From NCBI GenBank assembly GCA_046593895.1, contig JBKJQR010000279.1:1-63345 (forward strand): a DNA stretch of 63,345 nt, in the 5' to 3' direction. Origin of the DNA: Gemmatimonadaceae bacterium (GTDB taxonomy: Bacteria; Gemmatimonadota; Gemmatimonadetes; Gemmatimonadales; Gemmatimonadaceae). The translations under genes were made by a program, and so were the position numbers. Of this stretch, positions 38,371 through 48,652 are shown piece after piece. The notes under the pieces were generated by a model. The model was not told where the DNA came from, searched no databases, and saw only the letters and a list, made by a program, of their open reading frames with translations. How positions within the stretch are numbered: the first letter of the stretch is position 1; every line of letters begins with the position of its first letter.

Positions 38371-39771
38371 GTGCATCCGACTCCAATGACATTCGCAATC
38401 ACCGCGCTCGAACGCGCCGCTCTCCGCGTGTGCTACGCGGCGCTCGTCATCGCGGCGCCTCTCGGCGCCCGCGCGCAGGCACCCGCGACAGCGGCCGACT
38501 CGGCGGTCCCGATCACGATCGATGAGGCGATTCGCCGGGCGCGCCAGAGCGCGCCGGCGTCGATTCAGGCGCGCGGCAGCGAGCGCTCGAATCGCGCCGC
38601 GGTGCGCTCGGCGTATGGCGCGCTCCTGCCTAACGTCAGCGTCAACATCGGCGGGGCGCGCCAGTTCACCGACCCGAACAGCCGGACGCGGATCAATCCG
38701 CAGACCGGCGCCACCGAGACGCTGGCCCTCTCGCCCTGGTCGTACAGCGACGGCTTGTCGCTCAACATGACGCTGTTCAACGGTGGCCAGAGCCTCTACG
38801 ACATCCAGATCGCCAAGGCGAACGTGCGGGCGTCGGAAGCAAGCGCTGTCTCGCAGGACTTTCAGGTCGCGCTCGACGTGAGCCAGCAGTTCTACAACGC
38901 GCTCGCCGCCCGTGAGTCCGAGGATGCCGCCCGCGCCCAGCTCGCGCTCGCCGTGCAACAGCTCCGCTATTCCGGGATCAGGGTGCGGAGCGGTGTCGCG
39001 ACGAAATCCGATTCACTGCGGTCGCTCATCCAGCTCGGCAACGCGCAGCTCGCGCTGCTCACCGCGCAGACGAACCTCCGGTCCGCCGACGCCGCGCTCA
39101 CTCGCATCATTGGCTCCGACGTCACGGTGACCGCCGCGCCCGCCGACACGATCCTCCCTCCGCTCGACTCGATCGCGCTCGACACCGCCTCGCTCGCCCG
39201 GCTCGCCGAGAACGGTCCCGCCGTTAGGCAGTCGCAGGCAACGCTGGCCGCGGCGCGGGCGACTCGCCGCTCATCACGCGCGCCCTACCTGCCGACGGTG
39301 ACCGCCGGCTACTCGCGCTCCGGCAGCGGCGTCGCCCAGTTCGGCTTCGGCAGCGACCCGTACACCTATGGCGGGCGACTCAACTTCGCGCTCTCCTATC
39401 CGCTGTTCAACGGCTTCGCGCGCGAGACCCAGGTCGTTCGCGCTGATGTCGCCGCCGAAAACGCGAGCGCCGCGCTGCGCGATGCCACGCTCGCTGCCCG
39501 CCAGCTGCTCGTCCAGAACGTCGACCTCCTCCGCACCGCAGAGCAGCGCACGAGTGTGCAGTCGGTCTCGGTCATCGCCGCCGAGGAAGACCTTCGCGTC
39601 CAGCAGCTCCGCTACAACGCCGGTGCGTCGACGCTGCTCGACGTGCTGACCTCGCAGAATCAGCTCAGCCAGGCGCAGACCGCGCTGATCCAGGCGCGGT
39701 ACGACTCGCGCGTCGCCCGTGCCCGGCTCGAAGCGCTCATCGGCCAGCGCCTGTCGCCAGCCGCCCGATGA
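38371..39771 (+). CDS. TolC-family outer membrane efflux protein (second copy)
   Basis: GTG 38371 (alternative ATG at 38386). Signal peptide ending APLGARAQA. Two OEP repeats. Confidence 0.9.
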   Translation: MHPTPMTFAITALERAALRVCYAALVIAAPLGARAQAPATAADSAVPITIDEAIRRARQSAPASIQARGSERSNRAAVRSAYGALLPNVSVNIGGARQFTDPNSRTRINPQTGATETLALSPWSYSDGLSLNMTLFNGGQSLYDIQIAKANVRASEASAVSQDFQVALDVSQQFYNALAARESEDAARAQLALAVQQLRYSGIRVRSGVATKSDSLRSLIQLGNAQLALLTAQTNLRSADAALTRIIGSDVTVTAAPADTILPPLDSIALDTASLARLAENGPAVRQSQATLAAARATRRSSRAPYLPTVTAGYSRSGSGVAQFGFGSDPYTYGGRLNFALSYPLFNGFARETQVVRADVAAENASAALRDATLAARQLLVQNVDLLRTAEQRTSVQSVSVIAAEEDLRVQQLRYNAGASTLLDVLTSQNQLSQAQTALIQARYDSRVARARLEALIGQRLSPAAR

Positions 39772-41216
39772 TGCGCCATCACGAACCAACTCCGTCTTCA
39801 ATGCTACGCACTGCCCGCATTTTGTCCTCCGTCGCGCTCGCGCTGTTCGTCGCGATCGCCGGAAGCGCCTGCCAGAAAGCGCCGGCCGCGGTGATCGCGA
39901 TCCAGACGGCACCCGTCGAGCGGCGTGACATCGTCGCCAACGCCGAAGCAACGGGGACGGTCGAACCGGTCAACGTCGTCGAGGTGAAATCGAAGGCGTC
40001 GGGACTGATCACCGCGATGCCGGTGGACATCGGCAGTGTCGTCAGCAAGGGCCAGCTCCTCGTCCAGATCGATACGCGCGACGTGCGCAACCAATACGAC
40101 CAGACCGTCGCCGCGCAGCAGGCAGCGCAGGCATCACTGAGCGTCGCGTCGGCGCAGAAGAAACGCTCCGACGATCTGTTTGGACAGGAAGTGATCACGC
40201 CGCAGGAACACGAGACCGCAGCGCTCGCCTACGCAAATGCGCAATCGCAACTGGTGAAGGCGCGTACTGACATGGACCTGGCGCGGCAACGGCTCGAGGA
40301 CGCAACCGTGAAGGCGCCAGTCGCCGGCACCATCATCGCCAAGCCGGTGTCGCTCGGCCAGGTGATCACCTCGGCGACATCGGGCCCGAGCGGCGGCACA
40401 ACGATTCTGCAGATGGCCGACCTGAGCAAGGTGCGGATGCGTGCGCTCGTCAACGAGACCGACATCGGGAACGTGCAGGCGGGGCAGGCGGCGACGGTCG
40501 TGGTCGACGCGTTTCCCGACCGCCGGTTTCAGGGCGTCGTCGAGAAGGTCGAGCCGCAGGCGGTCGTGCAGCAGAGCGTGACGATGTTTCCGGTTCTCGT
40601 GTCGCTCGACAACAAGGAAGGCAAGCTGCTTCCCGGGATGAACGGTCAGGTGACGATGACCGTGCAGAACAAGACGGGTGTGCTCGCGATTCCGGCCGAT
40701 GCAGTCCGGGCGATGAAGGATCTCGCCGTCTCGGCGCGCGCGTTAGGGATGAACCCCGACACCGTGCAGGCCCAGCTCAAGACGGCGATGGCTGCCCGCC
40801 GGGCGAGCGCGGGCCAGCGCGACAGCGCCGCCGGGGATGTCGCCGTCGGCGGGCGCCGGTCGCGCTCGGCATCCGCGCCTAACGGCAACGCGGGCGGTGG
40901 TGCTGGTGGCGGTGGCTTCGGTGGCAGTGGCGGCTTCGGTGGCGGCGCATCGACTGGTGGCCGCGGCGGCGCGCAGCTGGTATTCGTCAAGGACGGCACC
41001 GGCTACACGCCACGGATGGTCCGTCTCGGTGTCACCAACTACGACTACACCGAGGTGCTCGGCGGGCTCAAGGAAGGGGAACAGGTCGCGCTGCTCGCAT
41101 CGGCCAACCTCCAGCAGCAGCGCACCGACCAGCAGGCGCGCATTCGCAGTGCGACGACCGGGCCGCTCACCTCGGGCGGTGGCGCACCGCGTGGCGGCGG
41201 CGGGCGAGGGCCGTGA
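39768..41216 (+). CDS. Efflux periplasmic adaptor (MacA-like) with a Gly-rich C-terminal tail
   Basis: ATGA overlap with TolC. Lipobox IAGSAC. Coiled-coil hairpin and barrel domains. GNAGGGAGGGGFGGSGGFGGG tract. Confidence 0.9.
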   Translation: MMRHHEPTPSSMLRTARILSSVALALFVAIAGSACQKAPAAVIAIQTAPVERRDIVANAEATGTVEPVNVVEVKSKASGLITAMPVDIGSVVSKGQLLVQIDTRDVRNQYDQTVAAQQAAQASLSVASAQKKRSDDLFGQEVITPQEHETAALAYANAQSQLVKARTDMDLARQRLEDATVKAPVAGTIIAKPVSLGQVITSATSGPSGGTTILQMADLSKVRMRALVNETDIGNVQAGQAATVVVDAFPDRRFQGVVEKVEPQAVVQQSVTMFPVLVSLDNKEGKLLPGMNGQVTMTVQNKTGVLAIPADAVRAMKDLAVSARALGMNPDTVQAQLKTAMAARRASAGQRDSAAGDVAVGGRRSRSASAPNGNAGGGAGGGGFGGSGGFGGGASTGGRGGAQLVFVKDGTGYTPRMVRLGVTNYDYTEVLGGLKEGEQVALLASANLQQQRTDQQARIRSATTGPLTSGGGAPRGGGGRGP

Positions 41217-41217
41217 G

Positions 41218-42435
<1,218 letters not shown>

Positions 42436-42495
42436 AGCTTGGCGCCGGGACTGGCTTGCGACAGGGCGACGTGGGACGTGGGAGACACCAAGCGT

Positions 42496-44001
42496 CTACT
42501 GCGCCGGTCGCTCGGCGAGCGATGCCTCCAGCTCCTCGAACGCAGCGAGCGCGGCACGCAGGTCCTCGACGATCTCCGCCGCGATTACGGACGGAGCGGG
42601 GAGATTCGCCGACGCCTCGAGCGCTTCGTCCTTCAGCCAGAAGATATCAAGGCTGGCTTTGTCACGGGCGACGAGCTCGTCGTACGAGTACGCGCGCCAG
42701 CGGCCATCCGCGTTCTTCTTCTCGCTCCACGTTGCCTTGCGCGAGTGGCGGTCGGCTGGGCTGTAGCACTTCACGAACTCGTCGAGATCGGAGCGCTTGA
42801 GCGGGTTTGCCTTGAGGGTGAAGTGCGCGTTGGTGCGCAGGTCGTAGATCCAGAGCTTCGACGTCTGCGCCTGGTCGCTCCCCGATCGCTTGTCAAAGAA
42901 AAGGACGTTGGCTTTCACCCCTTGGGCATAGAAGATCCCGGTCGGCAGCCGGAGGAGGGTATGGACGTCGCACTCGTGGAGCAGCTTCCGCCTGACGACT
43001 TCCCCGGCGCCCCCTTCGAACAACACGTTGTCCGGGACGACTACGGCAGCACGCCCATTCACTTTCAGCAGCGTCTTCACATGCTGAACAAAAGCGAGCT
43101 GCTTGTTGCTCGTGCTCACCCAGAAATCATCGCGGACCACGGTGAGGTCCTGTCGCTCCTCGTCGCCCTCGGTGTTGACCATCCGTACGCTCGACTTGCG
43201 GCCGAATGGCGGGTTCGTGAGGACGATGTCATAACGATCCTTCGGGTCGGACTTGAGCGCGTCGTTGACTTCCACCGGCGGCTCGACGTCCTCACCTCCG
43301 GTCGGTCCGATGCCGTGCAGCATCAGGTTCATCGCGCAGAGTCGGGCAACGCCGTCCACCAGCTCGACTCCGTGCAGCGACTCGAGCTTGAGCTGGCGGT
43401 TCTGCTTCGGGCTCCGGTTCGGATGTGCCCTGATGATCTGCTCGTAGGCGGCGAGGAGGAATCCCCCGGTCCCGCAGGCCGGATCGCAGATCGTCTCACC
43501 CGGACAGGGCGCGACGCATTCGACAATTGCCCGAATCAGCGGGCGCGGAGTGAAGTACTGTCCGGCACCGCCCTTGGTGTCCTGCGCGTTCTTTTCGAGC
43601 AGTCCTTCGTAGGCATCGCCCTTCACGTCGGCGTCAAGTGAGACCCACTGCTCGCGGCCGATCAGGTCCGCGACCAGTCGGCGAAGCTTGGCCGGGTCCT
43701 GCACCTTGTTCTGGGCTTTGCGGAAGATGAGTCCGAGCATTCCGCTCTCCCTGCCTAACGCCTCGAGTGTCCGACGATACTGCACCTCGAGCTCGTCGCC
43801 CTCCTTCGCGAGCAGTGCCGGCCAGTCGTAGCCGCGAGGAATGATCGACTTCTCCTTCCACGGCGCCTGCGTCCGCTCGTGGGCCATCTTGAGAAAGAGC
43901 AGGTAGGTGAGCTGCTCGACGTAGTCTCCGTAGGAGAGTCCGTCATCGCGCAAGATGTTGCAGTAGTTCCAGAGCTTCTGGACGATTTGCTGGGCGGTCA
44001 T
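42496..44001 (-). CDS. hsdM: Type I restriction-modification system methyltransferase subunit
   Basis: HsdM N-terminal domain (LWNYCNILRDDGLSYGDYVEQLTYLLFLK). SAM motif ICDPACGTGGFL. Catalytic NPPFG (VLTNPPFGRKS). Confidence 0.95.
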   Translation of the reverse strand: MTAQQIVQKLWNYCNILRDDGLSYGDYVEQLTYLLFLKMAHERTQAPWKEKSIIPRGYDWPALLAKEGDELEVQYRRTLEALGRESGMLGLIFRKAQNKVQDPAKLRRLVADLIGREQWVSLDADVKGDAYEGLLEKNAQDTKGGAGQYFTPRPLIRAIVECVAPCPGETICDPACGTGGFLLAAYEQIIRAHPNRSPKQNRQLKLESLHGVELVDGVARLCAMNLMLHGIGPTGGEDVEPPVEVNDALKSDPKDRYDIVLTNPPFGRKSSVRMVNTEGDEERQDLTVVRDDFWVSTSNKQLAFVQHVKTLLKVNGRAAVVVPDNVLFEGGAGEVVRRKLLHECDVHTLLRLPTGIFYAQGVKANVLFFDKRSGSDQAQTSKLWIYDLRTNAHFTLKANPLKRSDLDEFVKCYSPADRHSRKATWSEKKNADGRWRAYSYDELVARDKASLDIFWLKDEALEASANLPAPSVIAAEIVEDLRAALAAFEELEASLAERPAQ

Positions 44002-44156
44002 TCGATCCTTTCGGGATGATTCGGGGTATGACTCATCGTGTGTTACCTGCGACCTTGCGTACAGAGGCGCGGAAGTCGAGATTCCCGCAGTTGCCCGTGC
44101 TCCAGGTGAACGTCGGCTTCATGCCGTGTGTTCAGGGTTTCGGCCCAGAACCTAGC

Positions 44157-45038
44157 CTAGAGTACGGGCATCAGTTTTTCGAGGGTCAGCGGATTCTTGG
44201 AGCTGTAGTAGGCGCCGTAGGGCGCGGTGCGAACGTCATCGCGATCGAGCACGAGCCGATAGTTGGGTGCCAGCAGCGCAAAGTATCTATCCTCGCGCCG
44301 CTCGACCATCCGCTGCAGAGCCCACAAGTAGTAGTCGATGACTTGCAGGCACGTTGCCTCAGTGGGCGTGGAGGAGCCGATTGTGGTCGGACGGTCGATC
44401 CCTTTCTTCCATTTCGCCTCGAAGCGCGCCTTCGCTTGGCCGATGGCGTAAGACAGCGCAACGTTTCGTGTTGACTTGCCGCGTCGCGCAAACACGATGT
44501 GATTCTCGTCCGCGAGATGAAGCCGCTCCTCGAAGAGACGCTTCACGAGATCGCTGTAGATCGCGTGCTGAGATTGTTTTTGTCCTGTTCGCGCAAAACT
44601 GGCGCTGTACTCCTCAGCTAGCCGCCGCTTGCGCCGAAGCCCGACGATAACGGTCGCGGGTTGGCTTGCGAGGTATGCAAAGACTTCGCGCCGGATCTCG
44701 GGCAGGTCGTTCTTCGCGTGGAAGCCTGACGCAGTCTTCCCGCCTTCTGGACGCATTGAGGGAACGCCGCGGAAGTACGGGTCCTCCATTAATCTCGCTC
44801 TCAGTTCGTCGAGATCGCGAGCGACCGCGAAGGGGTCCGGCAATTCGGCGACGCCGAGCATGAAGGTGTGCGATACACCTTCCTCGCCGACGATTATGCG
44901 TCCCCGTCCATCGAACAGGGTGAGATCACCCGATTCGTCGACAAAAAAATGAGCAACCTTCGTGGGCGCTCGCTCGTCGGACACGGCGACTCGATTGGGG
45001 AGCGGTAAATCGAGCCTCGCGTTTAGCGCAACGGGCAT
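44157..45038 (-). CDS. DUF3800-family protein
   Basis: N-terminal FFVDESGD and C-terminal LQVIDYYLWAL motifs are typical of DUF3800. 293 aa. Confidence 0.65.
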   Translation of the reverse strand: MPVALNARLDLPLPNRVAVSDERAPTKVAHFFVDESGDLTLFDGRGRIIVGEEGVSHTFMLGVAELPDPFAVARDLDELRARLMEDPYFRGVPSMRPEGGKTASGFHAKNDLPEIRREVFAYLASQPATVIVGLRRKRRLAEEYSASFARTGQKQSQHAIYSDLVKRLFEERLHLADENHIVFARRGKSTRNVALSYAIGQAKARFEAKWKKGIDRPTTIGSSTPTEATCLQVIDYYLWALQRMVERREDRYFALLAPNYRLVLDRDDVRTAPYGAYYSSKNPLTLEKLMPVL

Positions 45039-45070
45039 AGCGCGCGATGCGTTCCGAGGCTCGATATCCA

Positions 45071-45098
45071 GTCCATTATTATTGACGACGGTCCATTA
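45071..45098. promoter_or_regulatory. Direct repeats GTCCATTA-N12-GTCCATTA in the divergent promoter region
   Basis: Copies at 45071-45078 and 45091-45098 (20-bp phase), in the AT-rich 112-bp gap between the DUF3800 gene and the divergent unknown gene. Confidence 0.4.
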
Positions 45099-45150
45099 CA
45101 ATGGGCGAGCCAATTGGTGCGCTCGTACGCGAACTCACGCAGCGTTCGAC

Positions 45151-45711
45151 ATGGAGGGCTCGATGGGCATTGTCGACTGGGCAGCGCTTCAGGCCGAGTT
45201 TCAAGCACTCAGCGCACCGCTCCGCTTCGAACGCCTGGATTTTCAAGGGGGCGCCGCCGGTGAATACTGGCGACTCGCGGGCGGAGCCGATCCCGTTGTG
45301 CTCCGTCAGTTCGAAGCGATTGCAGAGCTTGCAGGCGCTGCGCTGCTCGAATCCCTTGCAACGCGCGACCATCCGGAACTCGCCGCCGAGAGATGCGCGC
45401 GCGATCGATGGTACCGCGCGCTGAAGGAACGCACGGGGCTTTACCAAGTGCGCTTGATCAGCGAACAAACCGCTGCAGGCGGAGAAGCCGCGCTCATCTA
45501 CGCCGGTTCGATCGACCGCGTCATTGATGCATCGATACTTCTTTGCCAGATGTTGCGTGCGGTCCCGAACGTGCCGACGGAAATCGCCCCGCCTGACGCA
45601 GCGTCTACTGACGAGAAAATCTTCGAGCTTAAGCCAAGCGTATGGGGGATTAGCATCGACCTGCGAGCATTCTGGAGATGGCTGCGTCGGGCGAAGGTTG
45701 ACACGAAGTAA
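45151..45711 (+). CDS. Hypothetical protein (no family recognised)
   Basis: ORF 44962..45711 trimmed to ATG 45151 (MEGSMGIVDWAALQAEFQAL...). Protein-like composition. The antisense ORF 45079..45468 looks like a shadow ORF. Confidence 0.45.
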   Translation: MEGSMGIVDWAALQAEFQALSAPLRFERLDFQGGAAGEYWRLAGGADPVVLRQFEAIAELAGAALLESLATRDHPELAAERCARDRWYRALKERTGLYQVRLISEQTAAGGEAALIYAGSIDRVIDASILLCQMLRAVPNVPTEIAPPDAASTDEKIFELKPSVWGISIDLRAFWRWLRRAKVDTK

Positions 45712-45758
45712 CCTGAGTCAGATCGATGTTTGTCGAACAAGCGGCCCAATCTGACTGG

Positions 45759-46208
45759 CTAGCCCAGCCGGAGACGCTGTGCTTCCGCCGTAAGCTCGTT
45801 CATGATCTGCTGCCGCTTGGCGTCGTCACGGCGTTTGTGAGCGAAGATCGCCTGGGCCGAAACGCGGCGGTGTGAGCCCACCTTCCGAAAAGGAATTTCC
45901 CCTTTCTCCAACAGGCTGACGAGATGTGGTCGCGACACGTTGAGCAGCTCGGCCGCCTGCTGCGTCGTCAGCTCGGCCTGCACCGGAACGATTGTCACAG
46001 CGTTTCCGTTCGCGAGCTGGCCGAGGATCTCGAGCAGCAGATCGAAAGCCTGACGTGGGATGGTGGCATCACGTTCCCGGCGGCCACGCTTCGCGTGCAT
46101 CCGCACGCGCTCGGACAGATCGTCCTGCGCGAGCGGAGCGAGATCGCGCAATGCTTCGCGCGCCTGCTCGGCGGCCTCTGGGGTTGGTAGATCCTGGAGT
46201 GCAGTCAT
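45759..46208 (-). CDS. Excisionase/MerR-type HTH DNA-binding protein (antitoxin-like, orphan)
   Basis: Trimmed to ATG 46208. LTTQQAAELLNVSRPHLVSLLEKGEIPFRKVGSHRRV is a classic excisionase-family HTH of the type seen in antitoxins paired with PIN toxins. No toxin gene follows. Confidence 0.7.
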   Translation of the reverse strand: MTALQDLPTPEAAEQAREALRDLAPLAQDDLSERVRMHAKRGRRERDATIPRQAFDLLLEILGQLANGNAVTIVPVQAELTTQQAAELLNVSRPHLVSLLEKGEIPFRKVGSHRRVSAQAIFAHKRRDDAKRQQIMNELTAEAQRLRLG

Positions 46209-46227
46209 TGTGCAGTCAAGACGAGTG

Positions 46228-46263
46228 AACGCAATATACGCAACAAACGAAATAAACGCAACC
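46228..46263. repeat. Four 9-bp tandem repeats (AACGCAAnn) upstream of the HTH gene
   Basis: ACGCAA at 46229, 46238 and 46256, and ACGAAA at 46247, with an exact 9-bp period. They lie 20-55 nt upstream of the HTH start on the minus strand. Confidence 0.6.
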
Positions 46264-46301
46264 CTGAGGGGCCAACGGAAGGACGCAGCGCGCGGAAGGA
46301 T

Positions 46302-46336
46302 GCGAACTATCAATTTGAGACGAATTGATAGTTCGC
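46302..46336. promoter_or_regulatory. Perfect 14-bp inverted repeat (candidate operator or mrr terminator)
   Basis: GCGAACTATCAATT - tgagacg - AATTGATAGTTCGC, followed by a third TGATAGTT half-site (46337-46344). It lies between the mrr stop and the HTH gene start. Confidence 0.5.
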
Positions 46337-46372
46337 TGATAGTTGGGCGTTGTTCCGGTTCAATTACCCCGC

Positions 46373-47263
46373 CTACGCCTCGAGCGCGAGAAAATGAATG
46401 GGCTGCAACGGGAGCAGCCGGCGGCTCGCCTCATCGAGACGCGCGTAGTGCTCCTTCCAGAGATCGACGAGCCGCCCGAGGCTGATCAGCGTAATCCGTC
46501 GCGTATGCTGTGTGCGCGCCTCGTCCTCGGCGTCCTTCGTGAAGCCGCCCGCGTTCACGAAGATTCCGACATCATCGGCGCCGAGCACCGCCATGAACGA
46601 TCGGAGCCCGTCGACTGACACCTTCGCCTCCTGCCGCTTCACTTGCACCTTGATACGCGGCGGACGTGTGCCAAGCGGATCGTTGTAGGCGACGATGTCC
46701 GTGCCGAAGTCTTTTCCCGGCGGTGCGATCCACGCGACGTGGTATCCCATCGCGCTGAGCAGCGCCGCGACGAGCTTCTGAAATTCATACGGCTCGATCG
46801 CGTGGAGGTATCGTTCGATTTCGGCCCACGCCTGCTCGTCTGCGGTTTCGAGGGTAATCGTGGCCGACGCGCGTTCCTCCGGGACGTCGATGCTTTCCTC
46901 ATCGTCGATCCCGACAGGCCGCCCCTTCTTCCACTCGTTGTACAGCGCAACGGAGCGGCGCACCAGCTCTTCCGTCTCACGATACTGTTTGTGCGCCTGC
47001 CACCCTGCATCGGTGAGGAACCACCGGCCGCGCTCCTTCACCAGCCGGCCCGCTTTCACGCAGCTGATCGTTGCGAAGCGAATAATCTTTACGAAGCGCC
47101 GGACACCGTTGGGGTAGAGTCCCGCTTCGTGTGGCGTGAGCGTGACCCGTTCTTCGACGCGTTGAATTGCCTGAGCGGCGGGGACGCCGTCCGAGTGGTC
47201 GTGGAGAATTTCGAACAGTGAATGGAGCAGTTCACCGTTTCGGCGCCAGGTAACGTCAGGCAT
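46373..47263 (-). CDS. mrr: Mrr-family Type IV (modification-dependent) restriction endonuclease
   Basis: N-terminal winged-helix (Mrr_N-like) plus catalytic core YEFQKLVAALLSAMGY...GKDFGTDIVAY...IKVQVKRQ (D-(D/E)xK fold). Confidence 0.85.
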   Translation of the reverse strand: MPDVTWRRNGELLHSLFEILHDHSDGVPAAQAIQRVEERVTLTPHEAGLYPNGVRRFVKIIRFATISCVKAGRLVKERGRWFLTDAGWQAHKQYRETEELVRRSVALYNEWKKGRPVGIDDEESIDVPEERASATITLETADEQAWAEIERYLHAIEPYEFQKLVAALLSAMGYHVAWIAPPGKDFGTDIVAYNDPLGTRPPRIKVQVKRQEAKVSVDGLRSFMAVLGADDVGIFVNAGGFTKDAEDEARTQHTRRITLISLGRLVDLWKEHYARLDEASRRLLPLQPIHFLALEA

Positions 47264-47281
47264 GTGTCGTTCGGGTGCGGG

Positions 47282-48652
47282 TCATCGCGGGATTTTGCGA
47301 CGAGTGGGCCTGCGCGCTGGTGTAGCGGGCGCGTTCGCGCGCTCTTGCCGAATTCGCTCGAGGAGCACAGCAGCCGGTTCGTCGTCCGGGTGCTGCGCGA
47401 CGAGTTTTCCCTCGAAGGCGTGTTTGAGGATTGACTGACGCAGACGAGTGGCGCGGGCGAGTTGGACGTCGATGTCAGCTGCGGCGCGATCAGTCGCGTG
47501 CCACGATTCATCAACGCGCTGTTCGATGTTACGCTGCGAATCGAGCGACGGTACGGGAATGCGGAGGTCGAGGAAACGTTCCTGCGTCAGATTGACGCCG
47601 CTGTCGCTGATGCCCGTCTTGAGTTCATCGAGAATTCGCAGATAGAAAGGCGAGTTAAGGACGAGTGCAACAAACTGTGGCCTAGCAACGCGAGTGTTCA
47701 ATCGGACGCGGTAAACCTTGTCGCAAGCCATAAGCTGCGCGTAGTTCTCCGGCACCACACACGAAATACCAACCCGACCCCGCGGGCCGGCGCGCGTGAT
47801 GAGAATATCTCCCGCTTCCAAACCAAGAGCGGGGCGCGGTCTCAGCAGGCTTGGAAGCGCCTTGTTCTCGTGCGGAAGAAAGGTCAATCCTTGAACCGCG
47901 GTTGTCTTGATTACCGCCCACTCGCCATCTCCCGCCGGTCGCTTCTCACACCGCGGGCTCCATCCTTGGTCCAATGAGGCTACGACATCCCCGAGGCGGG
48001 GTTGATGCGGCTCGCCGACCGACTTCAAATCGGTAATCACAGCGTCGAGCAGCGCGCGCCGATAATGTGCAATTTTCGCTCGTGCCGTCACCAGCGCGCC
48101 GAGAGCCGCGTCGAGATCCGAGAGGCGCTCGTCCAGCGCGGCGACGATGCGGCGCTGCTCGGCGAGCGGCGGAACCGCGATTGGAATCTCTCCAGCTCGG
48201 CGACCAGAAAGTTCTGGAAATGTCGTCCCGCTTGCGAGTGAGGCGAGCAACTCTCGATTCCCGAAGAGAAACCAGTAGAGATACTCTGGCAGGGCGGCGC
48301 CGCGCAGTACAAAACTCTTGAAGCCTTGGTTTGTTGCGAGTGGGTTCGCCGCCACCGCGACGTAGCCAACCGGCGCGCGCGACGACATCAACACGGCACT
48401 CGCTGGTAGCACTTTCGCGCCCGATTGAGCGAGTCCCTTCTCGGTGATATTTCTCGAGCCGCGACCGATTCGCTTCTCCGTGTAACCCGAAAGGTCGGCA
48501 GGCGTGACCCACGGGATTGCCCCCTCCGTCCAATATTCGGCCCTGGTCGTATCCGGCGTGCCGCCGCCGACGATATCCGCGATGTCCGCTGCCTTCACCC
48601 ACTGCCATGACGATGGGACGGGCCAGCGACCCGTCGATGCCTCCCCATTCAC
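47282..48652 (-). CDS. hsdS: Type I restriction-modification specificity subunit (two target-recognition domains)
   Basis: GTG start overlapping the hsdR stop (GTGA). Duplicated TRD plus conserved helix pattern (PLAEQRRIVAALDERLSDLDA and SLDSQRNIEQRVDES...ARATRLRQSILKHAFEGKL). Confidence 0.9.
   Translation of the reverse strand: MNGEASTGRWPVPSSWQWVKAADIADIVGGGTPDTTRAEYWTEGAIPWVTPADLSGYTEKRIGRGSRNITEKGLAQSGAKVLPASAVLMSSRAPVGYVAVAANPLATNQGFKSFVLRGAALPEYLYWFLFGNRELLASLASGTTFPELSGRRAGEIPIAVPPLAEQRRIVAALDERLSDLDAALGALVTARAKIAHYRRALLDAVITDLKSVGEPHQPRLGDVVASLDQGWSPRCEKRPAGDGEWAVIKTTAVQGLTFLPHENKALPSLLRPRPALGLEAGDILITRAGPRGRVGISCVVPENYAQLMACDKVYRVRLNTRVARPQFVALVLNSPFYLRILDELKTGISDSGVNLTQERFLDLRIPVPSLDSQRNIEQRVDESWHATDRAAADIDVQLARATRLRQSILKHAFEGKLVAQHPDDEPAAVLLERIRQERANAPATPARRPTRRKIPR

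Noticed and set aside
40860-40980. Repetitive GGC/GGT tracts (the Gly-rich tail of the MacA-like adaptor) and (GCCACC)4 at 29583, considered as possible CRISPR-like or satellite arrays.
   Set aside because: They are in-frame low-complexity coding repeats (poly-Gly and Ala-Thr). There are no spacer-repeat architecture and no cas genes anywhere in the window.
47282-48652. Phase-variable or shufflon-type hsdS (multiple hsdS cassettes with inverted repeats and a recombinase).
   Set aside because: There is only one complete hsdS, no partial hsdS copies, no recombinase, and no long inverted repeats within or around the gene.
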